Shown: piece by piece, positions 40,019-53,956 of the stretch
How the letters are laid out: each line of letters begins with the position of its first letter
Position numbering within the stretch: position 1 is the stretch's first letter
Origin: Paecilomyces variotii
Taxonomy: Eukaryota
Reading direction: 5' to 3' (one strand)
DNA length: 64,000 bases
Assembly: GCA_004022145.1 (NCBI GenBank)
Contig: RCNU01000008.1
Notes under the pieces: generated by a model
The model's database searches: none
Seen by the model: only the letters and a program-made list of their open reading frames with translations
What the model was told of the DNA's origin: nothing
Position numbers and translations under genes: made by a program

Positions 40019-42348
40019 TTACGGCGAGGTCTGCATAACCTCTTCGTGGCCGCCCGCGGCGGTTGTGGCAAAGTATCGCACATCGACATCATCGTCTTCC
40101 TGTAGCTTCTCCAAGTTGGGCAAGATTCGTTGCTGGATCAACTCTTGCCCCTTGGGCGAGGGCGTCTTCGTTTCACCCGACTTCTCGAGGTCTATCAGGG
40201 ATCCCTCAGCCGGCAGGCGGCGCAGCGTATCGATCAGCACTGCATAGGATTTGGCTACGTTGAAACGAATGTTGGGAATATCGTCGGTCGTCAGTCTCTC
40301 CAGAATAGGGAGGATGGAGGACTCAATGATGTCGACACTGACCGCGGGAGCGAGAGTCTGTTTCTGTTAGCAAGTTGATCTTTTGCTGGTAGAAAGTCAT
40401 TGCTTACAGAGATCGCAAAGCATGTAGTCATTCTGTAGAGATAGTTGGGATGTTGCCCCATGGCCATCACTTTCGGAATGATCGACTGACTTGCCCATTC
40501 CACGCCAAATACTTCTGTGAGCTTCTTCAAGTTCTGCGTGGCAGCCTCTCGAATAGAGAAGACAGTATCTCCCAGCCAACCCATGCACAGATTACTGAGT
40601 TGCTCGTCGAAGAATTTGACACCCAACTGGCTAGCGAGGAGGGGAATATATTCGATGATAGCCAGACGGACTCGCCACTGCTTGTCTTCGGCCAACTGCA
40701 CAATGGCTGGAAGTAAGGACTGGGAGAGGAGCTCGATGCCGATCACTAAATTGAGTCTCAGTCAACCGAGTGTCTTCCTTAAGTGTACAGCGCGAGAAAA
40801 CCTACCTTTGTTTACTAGCTCTAGTTTTGAGATTATGTGCAGACGCACATCGGGGAATTCGTCTTTGAGCATCTGCAAGAACATTGGAAGAAGGTGTGCA
40901 ATCGTCCTGCGGTATTGTAAGAAAACTGCCCAAGAATGTGGCCAACAGAGAACCGGAATCTACTCACTCTTCCTTCCCAAGTATAGGAGCAAGTCCACTG
41001 ATTTGCGTTCCTAAAGCCGCACGCACATGTTGAGAAGGGTCCGAGACAAGATCTTCAATACTTGTCATAATCTCATTCAGTAACGTCTCACGGTCAATCA
41101 GGTTGCAGAAGCCTAGGATCTATTAGCGATAAAGGTCATAGAAGGGCACACTGAGAGATTATATACCGGGGATCTGTCCAGCAATGGCTGTGCGAACTTC
41201 AGCCTCGGTATCCTTCAACAGCTTCACGAACGCTGGCACGAGGTCGCGTGTGACAACCTCTTCATCAACCGCCTTCGCAATCTAACAAAACAAAACAGTC
41301 AGTCTTTCAATTTTGAAGAAGGACTTTCTCAAACAATACCGCTCCTACCTTCTCGAACCGATCCGCCACCATGTATCTCACCCTCCAACTCTTGTCCTCG
41401 AATAGGTTCCGCAACGAAGTCAATAGGACACCGTGACTTGACTGCTGCTCCTTTGGTATCTCCTCGGCGATAGAAATGAGAATGTCGACAGTAAGCAGAC
41501 GGACGCTATCCTGATCATCACTTGCCAGGTACTGGAATAGAGGGATCATTTCGTCAATGATGACTTGGCTGTCCATCTCCTTGATAAATTTGGCAAGGTG
41601 AGTTGCAGACTGTCTCCGCACCATGGGGGTGTCATCGTGTACGAGACCACCAAACTGCTGTCGAAGGGTCTGCTGCAAAGCCGGGGATACTTTACGGTAT
41701 GGCACACTATAGAGACCCGCGGCGGAGATCTTCGAGGTAAACCAGTCTGCTTTGGAGAGGCGAAGGGTCATGGGCACGAAATGCTCCTCGACTTGCTTCT
41801 GGGAGAGCTGATCGCAAATCTTGTTAAGGGACTCAACGGCCTATGCAGAAAATCAGTATCCGGTCCGACGATATCGACAGGTTCTCCCGACCTTCTCTCG
41901 GACCAGTGGTTCCTCAATTGCCGCAAGGTTTTCCAGGGGCGAGAGCAAGACATGTGCATATTCTGGTCCGCCAACATATTCAACGAAGTTTCCCAACTCC
42001 TCGCTCAGTGCGGTCAGAACTTCATCCTCATCCTCGACAGAGTCTACCAATATCTGTGTCAGATCTCTTTGTTCGCCAGGAAATGCTCAGCCAGAACTAA
42101 CCATCAAGGAACGGGATCAATTCTTCTCTCGTTCTCTCCGGGCCCAGAGCTAGTGCAATGGTGGACAGGCGGTGGATCGCATTGAGACGAAGGAGCACAT
42201 CATCATGCTAGACGTTCAGGTAGTCAGTCATGACACGTGCCGGTGGCTATCATATGGTTCGCTATAACGTTCGACAACGACGTACCTTCAACTCATCAAT
42301 GAGGACGGCGATGGGGTAGAGCTCATCGTTTTCACCCTGAGAGTCCAT
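40019..42348 (-). CDS. TPD3: Protein phosphatase 2A scaffold subunit A (HEAT repeats), multi-exon
   Basis: [70 protein letters not shown]. Confidence 0.96.
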
Positions 42349-43220
42349 CACGGATTCCGTGTGGGGGACGATGTGTCGCGTCGTAGGAAAGGGTAGACAG
42401 GCGAGGATGTGGCAGGTCCCCGAGAACTGTTGTCACCAGGCAGTCTGCTCAATCTCGTAATCAAGCAAACAAAGACGATTTGGGAGGATCTAGGCGGGGT
42501 ATTATTTCATGAACGTCGTAGGCAGGGGATTCCTAGACAGATAGCCTTAGCACCACTTCCAGGGGCCGGTTGTTGGTCGTATAATGGGTAATGGATCATG
42601 CAGCGTACGCCCCGACTGAGGTTTCGTGGGGTTGGGCCGTCGCAGGAGAGAGACGCTGAGCCGCGACAGCGGAGCAGGACGTACCTCAAGAATTGGACGG
42701 CGTGCCGAGAGGCTTCGGAGACCGACAACGACTGAGGGATGCTTCTTCGATAGCTTTTGGGAGAGGGGCGGAGCGGGGAAGAAACGAGCGGTCTATTACG
42801 ATGTTCCAATGCGCCAAATGTTGGAAGGTGAGCTCGGGTGGTTGCTTGGCTCTCCCTCTTTGGGTCTTTGGGGGCAAGGAGGGAGGCTGTGGCTGGTGAA
42901 GGGGTTCGCCTGGTGAGTCTGTGAGTCTGTGAGTCCGTGACCGTCAAAGCGCCGCAGAGGAGGGGAGGTGTGGCGGTGCATCTGAGAGAGTAATGTGTCA
43001 CGGCCTGGATGAAGATAGATTGATTATTACTGATTGACTGACTGAGCTGACCTGAACCCACGGTCTATCACCAGAACGCCTCGATCGCTCAGCTTTACGT
43101 GGTCAAGCTCTGTAGTCTTTCTACCGCACCCCCCCAAGAAGCAGCGCCCTCTCGACGCTGCACCTCCTGCCATCGATCTTTTTTCTTCTGTGAGCGGCAG
43201 CGCGGGGAAGCCCTCTCACC

Positions 43221-45484
43221 ATGCCTACCATTTCGGTCGATAAGTACGCGCTCTTCAAGGAGCTAGGTCGAAAGTGCGCACAATCCTCTTTTTCTGGACG
43301 CTTGGTTCGCTTTGCTGATCCATCTTTCGTGCAGCTACACGACGGAAGAGTTCGACGAGCTGTGCTTCGAGTTTGGTATGTCCTATGTGCGCCGGCTTTT
43401 CCGTGCGGCCAACGCTGACGATTATAACAGGCATTGAGCTTGACGAAGATGTAACAGACCCTCTGTGACTGGATTCATGCTGTGGCAGTATACTGAGATG
43501 ACACAGACGGAGCATTCGGAGCGACCGATCGTCGACGGAAAGCAAGAAGCCCCTCAACTGAAGATCGAGATCCCTGCGAACCGGTATGACTTGATGTGAG
43601 ATGGGCTCTGAAGGGTAGAACGGGACTGAGACAACTGCAGATATGACCTCCTCTGCTTTGAGGGAATTTCCCTCGCGCTCAACGTTTTCTTGGGCCGAAG
43701 ATCGTCGCCGAACTACAGACTGGTCCCTCCGGCAGGCGGAGAGCTCCAGAAGCTTATTGTCAAGGAAGATGTGAGAGGATCCTTACTTTGGGGAACGAGC
43801 ACTTGCTGAACCAAGTTGCAGACGATGAAAATCAGACCGTACGTTTCGGGAGCAATCCTCAGGAATATCACCTTCGACGAGGCTCGCTACGAGTCATTCA
43901 TCGCTCTTCAGGACAAGCTGCACCAGAATCTTGCCCGCCAGAGGACGCTGGTGTCCATTGGAACGCACGATCTGGACACCATCAAGGGACCATTCACCTA
44001 TGAGGCTCTCCCGCCAAAGGAGATCAACTTCATCCCGCTGAACCAGACGAAGAAGATGAACGGTGAAGAACTGATGACTTTCTATGAGGTATAGCTCACT
44101 TCCTTTTGTTTCTTCCATCACAGCACCAAGCAGACATAGTTGACACAGATCAACAGAAAGACAAGCACCTCGGAAAGTACCTCCACATTATTCGAGACTC
44201 GCCGGTGTACCCCGTCATCTATGACTCCAATCGGACTGTCTGCTCGCTTCCCCCAATCATCAACGGCGATCACTCCAAGATAAAATTGAGCACAAAGAAC
44301 GTTTTCATCGAAATCACGGCTCTGGATAAGACGAAGCTGGAGATCGTGAATAAGATCATGGTGACCATGTTCTCCCAATATACTGCCGAGCCTTTCACGT
44401 ACGTATTGCTAGTGATTCTCGAAGAGTGACGCATGTCTGATCTATATAATACGGCAGGGTCGAGCCTATTGAGATTGTCTCGGAGCACAATGGCGAAAGT
44501 CGACAGACCCCCGACCTCAGTCCTCGCACCACGCAGGCCGAGGTCTCGTACATCAACCAATGCTGTGATTTGAAGCTCACCCCCACTGAGATCGCGAACC
44601 TGTTGACAAAGATGGCCTATCAGGCTAAGCCGTCTTCATCTTCCCCGGATCTCATCGATGTCGATGTGCCCCCAACCCGGGCTGATGTGCTGCACCAGGC
44701 AGACATCATGGAGGACGTGGCCATCGCCTACGGTTTCAACGAGCTTCCTCGATCGTTCCCCAGCAAGTCTGGCACGATTGCTCAACCTCTCCCGATCAAC
44801 AAGCTCACGGATATCCTCAGATTCGAGGCAGCCATGGCTGGTTGGTCCGAAGTGTTGCCGTTGATCCTGTGCTCGCACGACGAGAACTTTGCTTGGCTTA
44901 ACCGCAAAGACGACGGTAACACCGCCGTCAAGTTGGCTAACCCCAAGACTCTTGAATTCCAAATCGTTCGCACCAGCCTTCTCCCCGGTCTGCTGAAGAC
45001 GATCAGAGAGAACAAGCACCATGCCGTGCCCATGAAGATCTTCGAGGTCAGCGACGTTGCCTTCAAGGACTTAGCCCTAGAGCGCAAGAGCCGCAACGAG
45101 AGGCATTTCGCGGCTGCCTGGTACGGTAAGACCAGCGGTTTCGAGATCGTCCACGGTCTGTTGGACCGTCTTATGGCCATGCTCAGGAGCGCCTTCATCA
45201 CCAAGGAGGAAGGTCTCCAGAACCAAGCCGTCGCTGACGCCCAATACTGGATCGAGGAGCTCGATGGTAAGTCCTATAATGCTGCACCTTTATCGCTTAG
45301 ATCTGACTCTTTATGCACAGAGCCCACCTACTTCCCCGGCCACGCCGCCTCCATCCACGTCCGGATCAACGGCAAGGAGCATGTCATTGGTGCCTTTGGC
45401 ATCTTGCATCCTACCGTCTTGGAGAAGTACGAGCTGAAGTACCCCGTCAGCACGCTCGAAATGAACATTGAGGTCTTCCTGTGA
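43221..45484 (+). CDS. FRS1: Cytosolic phenylalanyl-tRNA synthetase beta subunit (~8 introns)
   Basis: [71 protein letters not shown]. Confidence 0.96.
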
Positions 45485-46333
45485 GAAGCAGCAGCTGGTT
45501 TATAAAAAGGTCGAAAAGAAAAGGAAAAGAAAAGAACAAAATGCAAATAGAAACTACAAGATATCCCGGAGACATTGAGTGATGGTAGATATCTTAGACA
45601 TTGGTTTCCTAGATAGATGATGAGACGAAAAAGGTGCCTGCGGAAAATGCGCTCAAGTATATTAAAAGAACAGAAAGAGATAGTCCCGAAGTGAAATACC
45701 AGATTACTATAAATTTGTCGATTGGTCTTCCATAAAGAAGTTATGTGTGGTACCGTAAAGATATCTCGCACATCTGGATGAGGAATACACCTAGGTTGTA
45801 TCCAGCGAACATGGTGTACTCGCGGGGAGGGGCCCTTGATCCCTTACGTCTCTACTACGTTCAAAAAGTACCTTCTACCATATATCTAGAAGGAGGCCAA
45901 GGAAATACAGAGAGTTTTTTTTATCGAAGTTTCTGAAATTTTTTGGATTGGCATTTCCTTCCTTCTTGTCCCGCTGAAAACCTAAAGCCCGCTGTCATCA
46001 CAATTCTGCCCCTACGCCAGAGACAGGCCGCTTCTTTTCTTTTCTGGGAGTTCGTTCCCCATTGCTTTTTGGCATCTCGTATGCATCATAGATAATCATT
46101 TCACCGGGTTCGGTCTAGGAGTAGGAATGAAAAGGAGGTAGAATCAAGTACTCCTCCCACCGCGAGGGAACCCAAGACGGAAAAAAACGATCAAGGCTTT
46201 TTTTCATATGAGGTCCAGGTTGATGAGGAAGTAATAATTCATGTTGTAGTTAATTGCGGGTAGTAGGAAACACAAGAAGTGAGAGAGAACAGGACCGAAG
46301 AGAAGATGAGGACGACGGAAGAAGAGAAGCAAA

Positions 46334-47419
46334 TCACTCTTGCGCGTACGCTTCCGGAGCGCCCTCCTGGGCCTCGGCCTCCTGCTGCTCGGCCAGTCTC
46401 TGCTGCTCGGCAAGCTGCTGAGCGGCGAGAGCCTTGGCACCGTAATCCTGGCTGACGGGCTGCAGGATGGGCTGCTCCTCCTTGGGCTCGATGATGGTGA
46501 CAGAGTCGGGGAGAGTCTTCTGGGGGCCGGACTTGCCCTCGGGGTCAGAACCACGCATGATCTTGACCTTGATACCCAGGACACCCTGGCGGAGGAGGAC
46601 GTGACGGGTGGCGCTGTCGATGAAGTCCTTGGCGGGCTGACCGGAGTGGATCATGAAACCGTCCTGTGAAGGTGAAAGATGCAATTAGCCTCCCGTTTCC
46701 CGAATATATACCCTCCGCTGTATCAAATCTCTTATCTCCGATATTCTTCAAATATCTGCAATATCCCCCAGAACAACCATGATTCCCAATAGATAAGACG
46801 GAAAACGTACAGTGAACTTCATGGACTTGGCACGAGCGGCCCTCAGCTTTCCGGAAACGACAACCTCGCAACCCTTGGCACCGGACTCCATGATGAAACG
46901 GAGAACACCGTAGCATGCTCGGCGGACGGCCAGACCGTTCAGAAGCTTGTAACGGAGAGACTCGCACTGAGCGACGGCGGACAGACCGCGGTTCTGGACC
47001 TTGGCGGCATAGAGGGAGACGGAGTTCTCGGGGAACTTGAAGCGCTTCTGGATCAGGGAGGTAAGCTCGCGGATGCGGCGACCCTGCTCACCAAGAACCT
47101 CCTGGGTGTGCGTAGCACGGACGACTGGGAAAGAAAAGAGCATCCGTTAGTATCGATGCGACCAATTTCAACAACGTTTTTCATGTTTCCTCCCGCTTTG
47201 ACATAATTCTCTCTCATTTCATCTCCAGAACCGTGACAGACACAATGGAATCAATGGCGACATACTGATATCGGTGACGGTGGGAGTAACACGGACTTCG
47301 ACGCCCGAGTAACCCTCCTCAGCCAGTTCGCGCTGGAAGAACTCGTTCAGCTCGGCGTAGAAGACACCGTCCGCGACGAACTTGCGGCGCTTCGAGAGAG
47401 CTCCCTGGGTAGCAGCCAT
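46334..47419 (-). CDS. RPS3: 40S ribosomal protein S3 (uS3), 2 introns
   Basis: [58 protein letters not shown]. Confidence 0.98.
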
Positions 47420-48050
47420 GATTGCGTTTCTGCTGATCGAATTGGGTTGTCGAAGAGAAACGGCCGAGGACGCTGGGCGATGTAGCGGAGCTCCGAGGTT
47501 GGGGAAGTCGGTCGAGGTCGAAGGTGGTCGGCGGTCGTGATGTTTTAAGAGATTCCGCGTTAGTGGGGGATTTTTCGGATAGGGCTTGGGGTTTGCCCTC
47601 GCTTGCGCGCACTCTGCCGCCTTTCCCGATCGGGATGGTCCAGCCCAACCTGACTGAACTACAAGTCTACAAGTCTACAACCCATAACTAGTTAGATAAC
47701 TAGGTACTTGATAGTCCTCATCTTGCTATCTGTCCAGCCCTATCGACTCTATACGGTCAGAAACATCCATGGTGATGATATCCTATCTGCTACTTGCACC
47801 TACTTACGGACTATGTCAATCAAACTGACAAGAAACCATCAAAGCAAAGGAATTGTATTCTCCAGTCAAATTCAGAGTCTCTTCCGGAGATGCTCTCAAT
47901 AACAGGAAGATGTATCGTGCTCTAAAGTCACATAGCTCAATCACGCTCAAGTGGTCCGTGGCTGTTCCAACAATGCCAACCAGTACGCCTCTTGCTTTCC
48001 GAAACAAACATGACTGTTGCAAAACGTAAAGACATGCATCAAAGACGCTT

Positions 48051-50463
48051 TCATTGCATTTCGACTTCCATCTCACTGGTACCGCTCGATGAAGACTTGG
48101 TGTCCTGGCTATTCTCCTTGTTCTTGGGCAACCCCAGGTTGGAGAACCCGGCTGTGAGGGCGGCCACCCCCGTTGCAGCTGCAGCAGGGACTACCTTTCC
48201 AGGCAAACCACTGCCCACTGCCTGTTTGGTTGTCTCGACACCGGTCAGGACTGGCGTTCGCCTCCCGGTTCTTGAACTGTCCCGGCTGGTGGAGACACCG
48301 TACCGGGGACCATTCATCTCTGCATCGGTCCGTCCGAAGACCTCGGGCCACCATCTCACTTCACTAGTTCGAGGAAAGATAAGACGTTCCCTTCCCCTTT
48401 TATTGTCATCAATGAGGGGATCGTAGTTTGGGTTCAGGAACTGTTCCCGTCTGGCCAGAAAGTAATCCCATACGCTCCTTGTCCTCTCCTTTGCCCGCGC
48501 TTCGACACGTTCCTTTTCGCTGTTGAAAAGGAATGTACCGTACTGACAGGAATAGAGGTGGTATAAGAGACGCCGTAAAAAGCGTTCATTGAACTCGAAG
48601 CGTGTTGGATACTGGTATAGCAGCTGATATGTGGCGTCCAAGAATTGATGGAATACTGGACTAGTCTCCTTGACTTTCGTCACCTCCTTCTCCGATAGCA
48701 CCGGTTTCGAAGTGGCGCTGATCTTTTTGGGCACGGGGCCCTCCGAATCGTACGATTGCATTTCCCCATCTGATTCGCCCAGGGAGTCGCGGCTCGTGTT
48801 ATCCCTGTTGAAGAACCCTTTTGCGCTGAGAAAGGCGTTCTCGAGAGCCTTCCCCGCGCCCCCAGTCTCTCCGAAAGCCCTATTGGAATCACCTCCGATC
48901 CTTTCGTTTTCGACCTGGAACCACTTCTCGCTGTTGAGGTGTCCAGCTCGATGACGGAACATGTGACCGAAAGACAGCCAATCCTTTTCTACCAACACCA
49001 TGAATCCTTCCAATGTTCGATAATACGGATCAAGGCATATCTGGCTTAGAGCACTGAGCTGGCTGGTACGGTCCCACCCATCCGAACAGTGTATCAGAAC
49101 GTGTGAATGCTGTAACCCAACCTGACGAGCTATCAAGCCCGCACCGTCTAGGATACCAGCGATATGTTTCAGCCATCCACTCCTCACAAGCTGCTCTCTG
49201 TTTGGCCCAAGTGGCGTGACATCAGATTCCTTGAGCGCATCGACAACCTTGTTCAACGAATCCCGCATGACATGAATGTTGTCAATACCAAGATATACCT
49301 TTGTAGCGAATTTGTAGTTGTCCATGTTCTCCGATCCCAGGCCCACAGCTTGCATTGCGAAAGCGTTTACCGTAGGTCGAGCATCAACGATGAGATTGTG
49401 CTGCTGAGCACCATAGATGTGTGACTTCTCCTCTGTATCCCCGCGTACCGCGCCCACCACTTCATCCTCCAGCTCCTCCGCGTTCGTGAGTTCAAAATCT
49501 GCCTGACCACCTAGGGTCTCCTCTTGGCTCGACGTATTAGAACCTGGTTCCGATGGTGGTGGAGTGACATTCGACAGAGGCCTCTCTGAACGCGACGTCG
49601 AGAATATGGCTGCCAACAACTTCTCATCTTGGATGCTTCTGTTCTGACGGACGCCCACGAGTGGCTGCGAGCTCCGCGTGATTGAACAGTTGTTGACAGG
49701 ATGAAGATATGTCAAGACTGGTATTCGTGCTCTAGAACGGTATCGGCCTGCGTAATTGAGCGTGTTATCCGATATGGCTAGGGGGACCGGAAGGAGAGCT
49801 GGATAGGTCGGGGAGAACTGCCAACGTCAGAGGACTGCAAGATATTGTAATACGGCTGCTGAAGGCTTACTGTATAGTCGATATTGACCTCCGAGATGCG
49901 CCAACCCGGATGTCCGCCTTCCTTTCCAACCCCCAGACGAGCCCACTCCTTGCGAGCGTCGTACAGACTCCACCCATTGAAATCCTTCTCCGGGAGCTGT
50001 GGCTGGTAGCTAAAGGCGTAAAGTTTTTCGATGCGACCGATCTTGCAGGTCCATAGCTTGATGCTGTCATACACATCTCGAGCTTTGTTCTCGCTTGAAA
50101 AGTAGAAGCAGACGAAGGTGAAGTCGCGACATCTCAGCCGAATCGAGGAGGGCTGCCTGGACACAGCAGGGGCCGGTCTGAAAGTGCAGAAAGCGATAAT
50201 CGGATACGTGATCCACAGCTCTCTTGGTCTGGCCACTGTTCCCTTCACCCGTGCTTCTTCAGAGATTGGAGGAGTATGCGAGAATATCAGATGGTGCGGA
50301 GTCAGATGGAGCGTGCCAACGACCTGTTCCCCACGGCGCGCCAAGGTCACATCCTCGACCTAGAATGATGACAAGAGAAGGAGATTAGAGACTGGATTAG
50401 ATTGTTATCGAGGATCATCACTTTATTTCCCGTGCACACCTTGGCGATCCGTGTCCGTTCCAT
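48051..50463 (-). CDS. YMR1: Myotubularin-family phosphoinositide 3-phosphatase
   Basis: GRAM-like N-terminus, RSSQPLVG, NIHVMRDSL, catalytic HCSDGWDR, SPVFHQFLD, FEFNERFL. Confidence 0.94.
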
Positions 50464-51107
50464 GCTCGTGACGGTCACTCCCAGCGCATCACGCTCATAG
50501 CGAATAGCGTTGCAAGGAAATGGGGGGGGAGGGAGGATGAGAACACGTTTAACTGGGGATTGTAAAATTAATGGCGGCCGAGCCAGGATAGAAGCTTGCG
50601 AAGTTACTACTGACAGTGAAGCAGACAGACAAAAGTAGTTCTAGTTTAGTCGGGTATCGTGATGGTTTTGGGCTGGGGCTTCACAGTGTTCGTGTCGGCA
50701 CAAGCGCCAATAAGTCGACTCCGACCGCCAGGCTAGACTCCCCGCTACGTCAATTGTTATCCACCTCTCCTTACAGAGTATAGCAGAGATTTTCCAGACC
50801 CCACTTGAGCCTGTACTCGATATACTTCCTGGGTTGCCGCTGTTGTGCACGGCAGGACGATACGGTATGTGAGACTTTTCAGCTAACCTGACTCTTGCGT
50901 TTTGTACGCTTATTTCTCGTGTGTCCCTGATCTATGGCGTCTACTTAGTCAATACCCAAGCACTTTCTTTTTGCTCCAAGTCTCTTCAAATCCCGACATT
51001 CTACCCTACTAAACAAAGCAATATTTCATTCTTTGTAGATCTCATTCTCTATGATCACTCCATATACGCTTGACGACCGTCTGTTAACGGTTAATACAAA
51101 AACCGTG

Positions 51108-52709
51108 ATGTCGTCATCAGCAGGTCCCGTGCCGCCAACTGAGAAGGACATATTTCGATATCGATACCAACATGGAACCAACCTCGGCGCCATTTTTGTA
51201 CTGGAAAAATGGTTGAAAGGCTCTATGTACGAAAAGGGAGCAGAAGGATCAAGCGAATTGGCAGCCATCAAGAGGTTCGTTGTCCTGCCTTCCAACAAGC
51301 TCTTATCCCCTATTGTGCCCCTGGACTGACTGCGGGAAAGCTCCCTCAAAGCTTCGGGGCTCGAGGCTACCAGAGCAAAGTGGGAGAAACACTGGCGCAC
51401 GGCATTGACGGATGAAGACTTTCAATGGCTCAAGAATGTCGCACATTGCAATTGCATACGGTTGCCTATAGGCTACTTCACACTCGGACCGGCTTTCTGT
51501 AAAGGCACGGCTTTCGATGGAGAGCCCGCGAAAGTCTACGTCAATGCCTGGAGCATTGCCAAGGAGCTGATTGAAAGATGCCACCATGAGGGTATCGGGA
51601 TCCTCGTCGATATGCATTGCCTTCCCGGGGGCGCCAACGGCGACGCGCACAGTGGCACCGACAACGGCAAGGCTGAGCTTTGGAAAAGTTCAAAGAATCT
51701 CTCCAGAGCCAAGGACTGCATCAGTTTTCTCCTGCAGGACATAGCCCGTCATGGAATGCCCGGCGTTATTGGACTCCAGGTATGCAACGAGGCCCAGTGG
51801 AACGCTTCAGGGATGTACCAGTGGTATGACGACGTTCTGGCCATCGCCAGCTCCGTGGACCCGTCATTGCCTATCTACATCAGCGACGCGTGGAATCTCA
51901 CAGCTTGTCTCGACTATGCGGCGAAGAAAAATAGAGTTGATACTCGCACTCCTGTTAACCCTGTGATCATCGACACGCACAAGTATTACACGTTTACGGA
52001 GTCTGATAGATCGAAGTCGCCGCAAGAGATCATCTCTCGGATTCCCAAAGAACTTGAGGAGCTGAGGAACCGCCAAGGCAGTATTTCCGATCACAAGACC
52101 GCGGTGGCAGTTTACGTCGGAGAGTATAGTTGTGTGTTGGACGGACGCACATGGAATCGTGTCGACCCTTCCCAACGACCAGAACTGACCAAAACTTTTG
52201 GCAACGCACAGACTAAGGTGTGGACATCGAAGGCCTCCGGCAGTGCGTTCTGGACCTTCAAGATGGACTGGATGGATGGCGGCGACTGGGGTTTCAAGGA
52301 ACAAGTGAAAAAAGGCGCCATCCCACCGCCACGCTGGACCACAATTCCACAGGCAGAAGTGTTGGCCAAGGTGAAAGAGGCAGAAGCACAGCGCTCCTAT
52401 TTCAGGAATCATTCACTAGCAGAACATACGCGCTTTTGGGACTCCTCAGCGCCAGGAGTCCACTTCGAGCACTGGCGCTATGCATACGGCTGGGACCTTG
52501 GATTCAGCGATGCGATGAACTTCTTCTGCGCTAGGGCTCACGGTGTAATACCAGGAGAAGGCGATGGCGGTGACATGATTGGCGCCAGAGAGCTGTGGTT
52601 AAAGAAGCGCATGCTCGAAACTAATCAGTTCGGTTTGAACTTTGGTTGGATATGGGAAGTTGGATTCAGACGAGGTGCGAGAGATTTTTACAGGTTTATG
52701 GGTGTATAA
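51108..52709 (+). CDS. Glycoside hydrolase family 5, intracellular beta-glucanase/glucosidase-like; intron ~51275-51340
   Basis: GTNLGAIFVLEKW, IRLPIGYF, DMHCLPGGAN, VCNEA (acid/base), DTHKY, VGEYS (nucleophile), FWT; no signal peptide. Confidence 0.9.
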
Positions 52710-53061
52710 GGACAGAGGATAGTCATACGATCGACAGACGATAGACGAATACCTCTCGTCAAACTCTCCCCTTATGTTTTCCATTTTGACGGCGATTATT
52801 ATTACCCCGGTTGCTTTTATGTGTCGTCCCTACCTCGCTAGAGGGTCTGGGCTTGCTGAGATAAGATCAAATTGGCAAGTAGTTAACTAAATATAGATTA
52901 TTTCCTTCTAACTTTACAATATAATCGTTTAAAATTCAGGGGTCCCCTAATAAAAACTTGAGATTTAGATGAATATTCTATGTACCTTCTATATGGTAGC
53001 ACCATACAAAAGGTAGAACACAAGTGCGGTGGGAAACACAACTACGCCGGGGATTACCCAC

Positions 53062-53123
53062 GACAGCAAGGACTTTCACGGATAATGATGAGGACAGCAA
53101 GAAGTGTCACGGATAATGATGAG
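53062..53123. repeat. 31-bp tandem duplication (2 copies, 3 mismatches)
   Basis: gacagcaaggactttcacggataatgatgag / gacagcaagaagtgtcacggataatgatgag. Confidence 0.9.
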
Positions 53124-53956
53124 CTCGTCTATCTCTTCCCTCCATCTCTCTCATCTGCTAACAGCCCTTTTTGCTGTGACTGATCTGTTATTTTCTTCTC
53201 TCAACCACTCTCATCGTCATTTTCGGCCTCTCCCCGCTCGCGTACTTGCAAGCTGTGTTCAACCCCCCCGCGTCTGGCTGTCTTGGAATACTTTACGTTT
53301 GGTTGTCATCGCTTTCTTTTCCCATCCTCATACTCATACTCATACTCCATTCTCATTTTTTGAGAACCTTACACTTCTTTTCCTAACCAGATCCCGCTGT
53401 CGTTGCGCTGCTCTCACCTCACTCTGATCTTTCCCCGCCTCTTTCTTGACATACTGGTCTGGTCTCCCATCCATCTTAGCCATGGCAGACGCAGAGTTCC
53501 AAGATGTATAGCGGCACGCATTAATTGCCAGATTTAACTCTGCATTTTCGGGTCTGAAATATGGAGAGAGCCTTCAACTGAAACCTGGAATATGGGCAGC
53601 ACTTTGGTTATCTGATTGAAGGGGGTAGTTTGGGTGATAGGGGATACTGTTGACGTGGACGAGAGTACTGGCCCGAGCCGTATGGAATTTAAATTGGAAC
53701 CACGCGGAGATACTTATGCGCCGCGGGAAACGCTTATGTATGTGCTTTATTGACTTATAAATACCCATATAATAATAAATATTAAATAATTTCTTTGAAG
53801 TATATACTTGGTATGTAATGCTAATGACCTTATGAACAACACCAACTCCGCCGTCTGTCGTTATATTACATAGACCAATAATAAACATATCAAGGAATGA
53901 ATATACACCCCGCAAATGACAAGCCAAGTTCTTCTCACGTTAAGTTGATTGCGCGC

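Noticed and set aside
42507..43061. 184-aa and overlapping ORFs between PP2A-A and FRS1
   Set aside because: Divergent promoter/5' UTR with low-complexity translation and no motifs
46666..46811. Possible snoRNA in the RPS3 intron
   Set aside because: No convincing C/D or H/ACA boxes with a terminal stem
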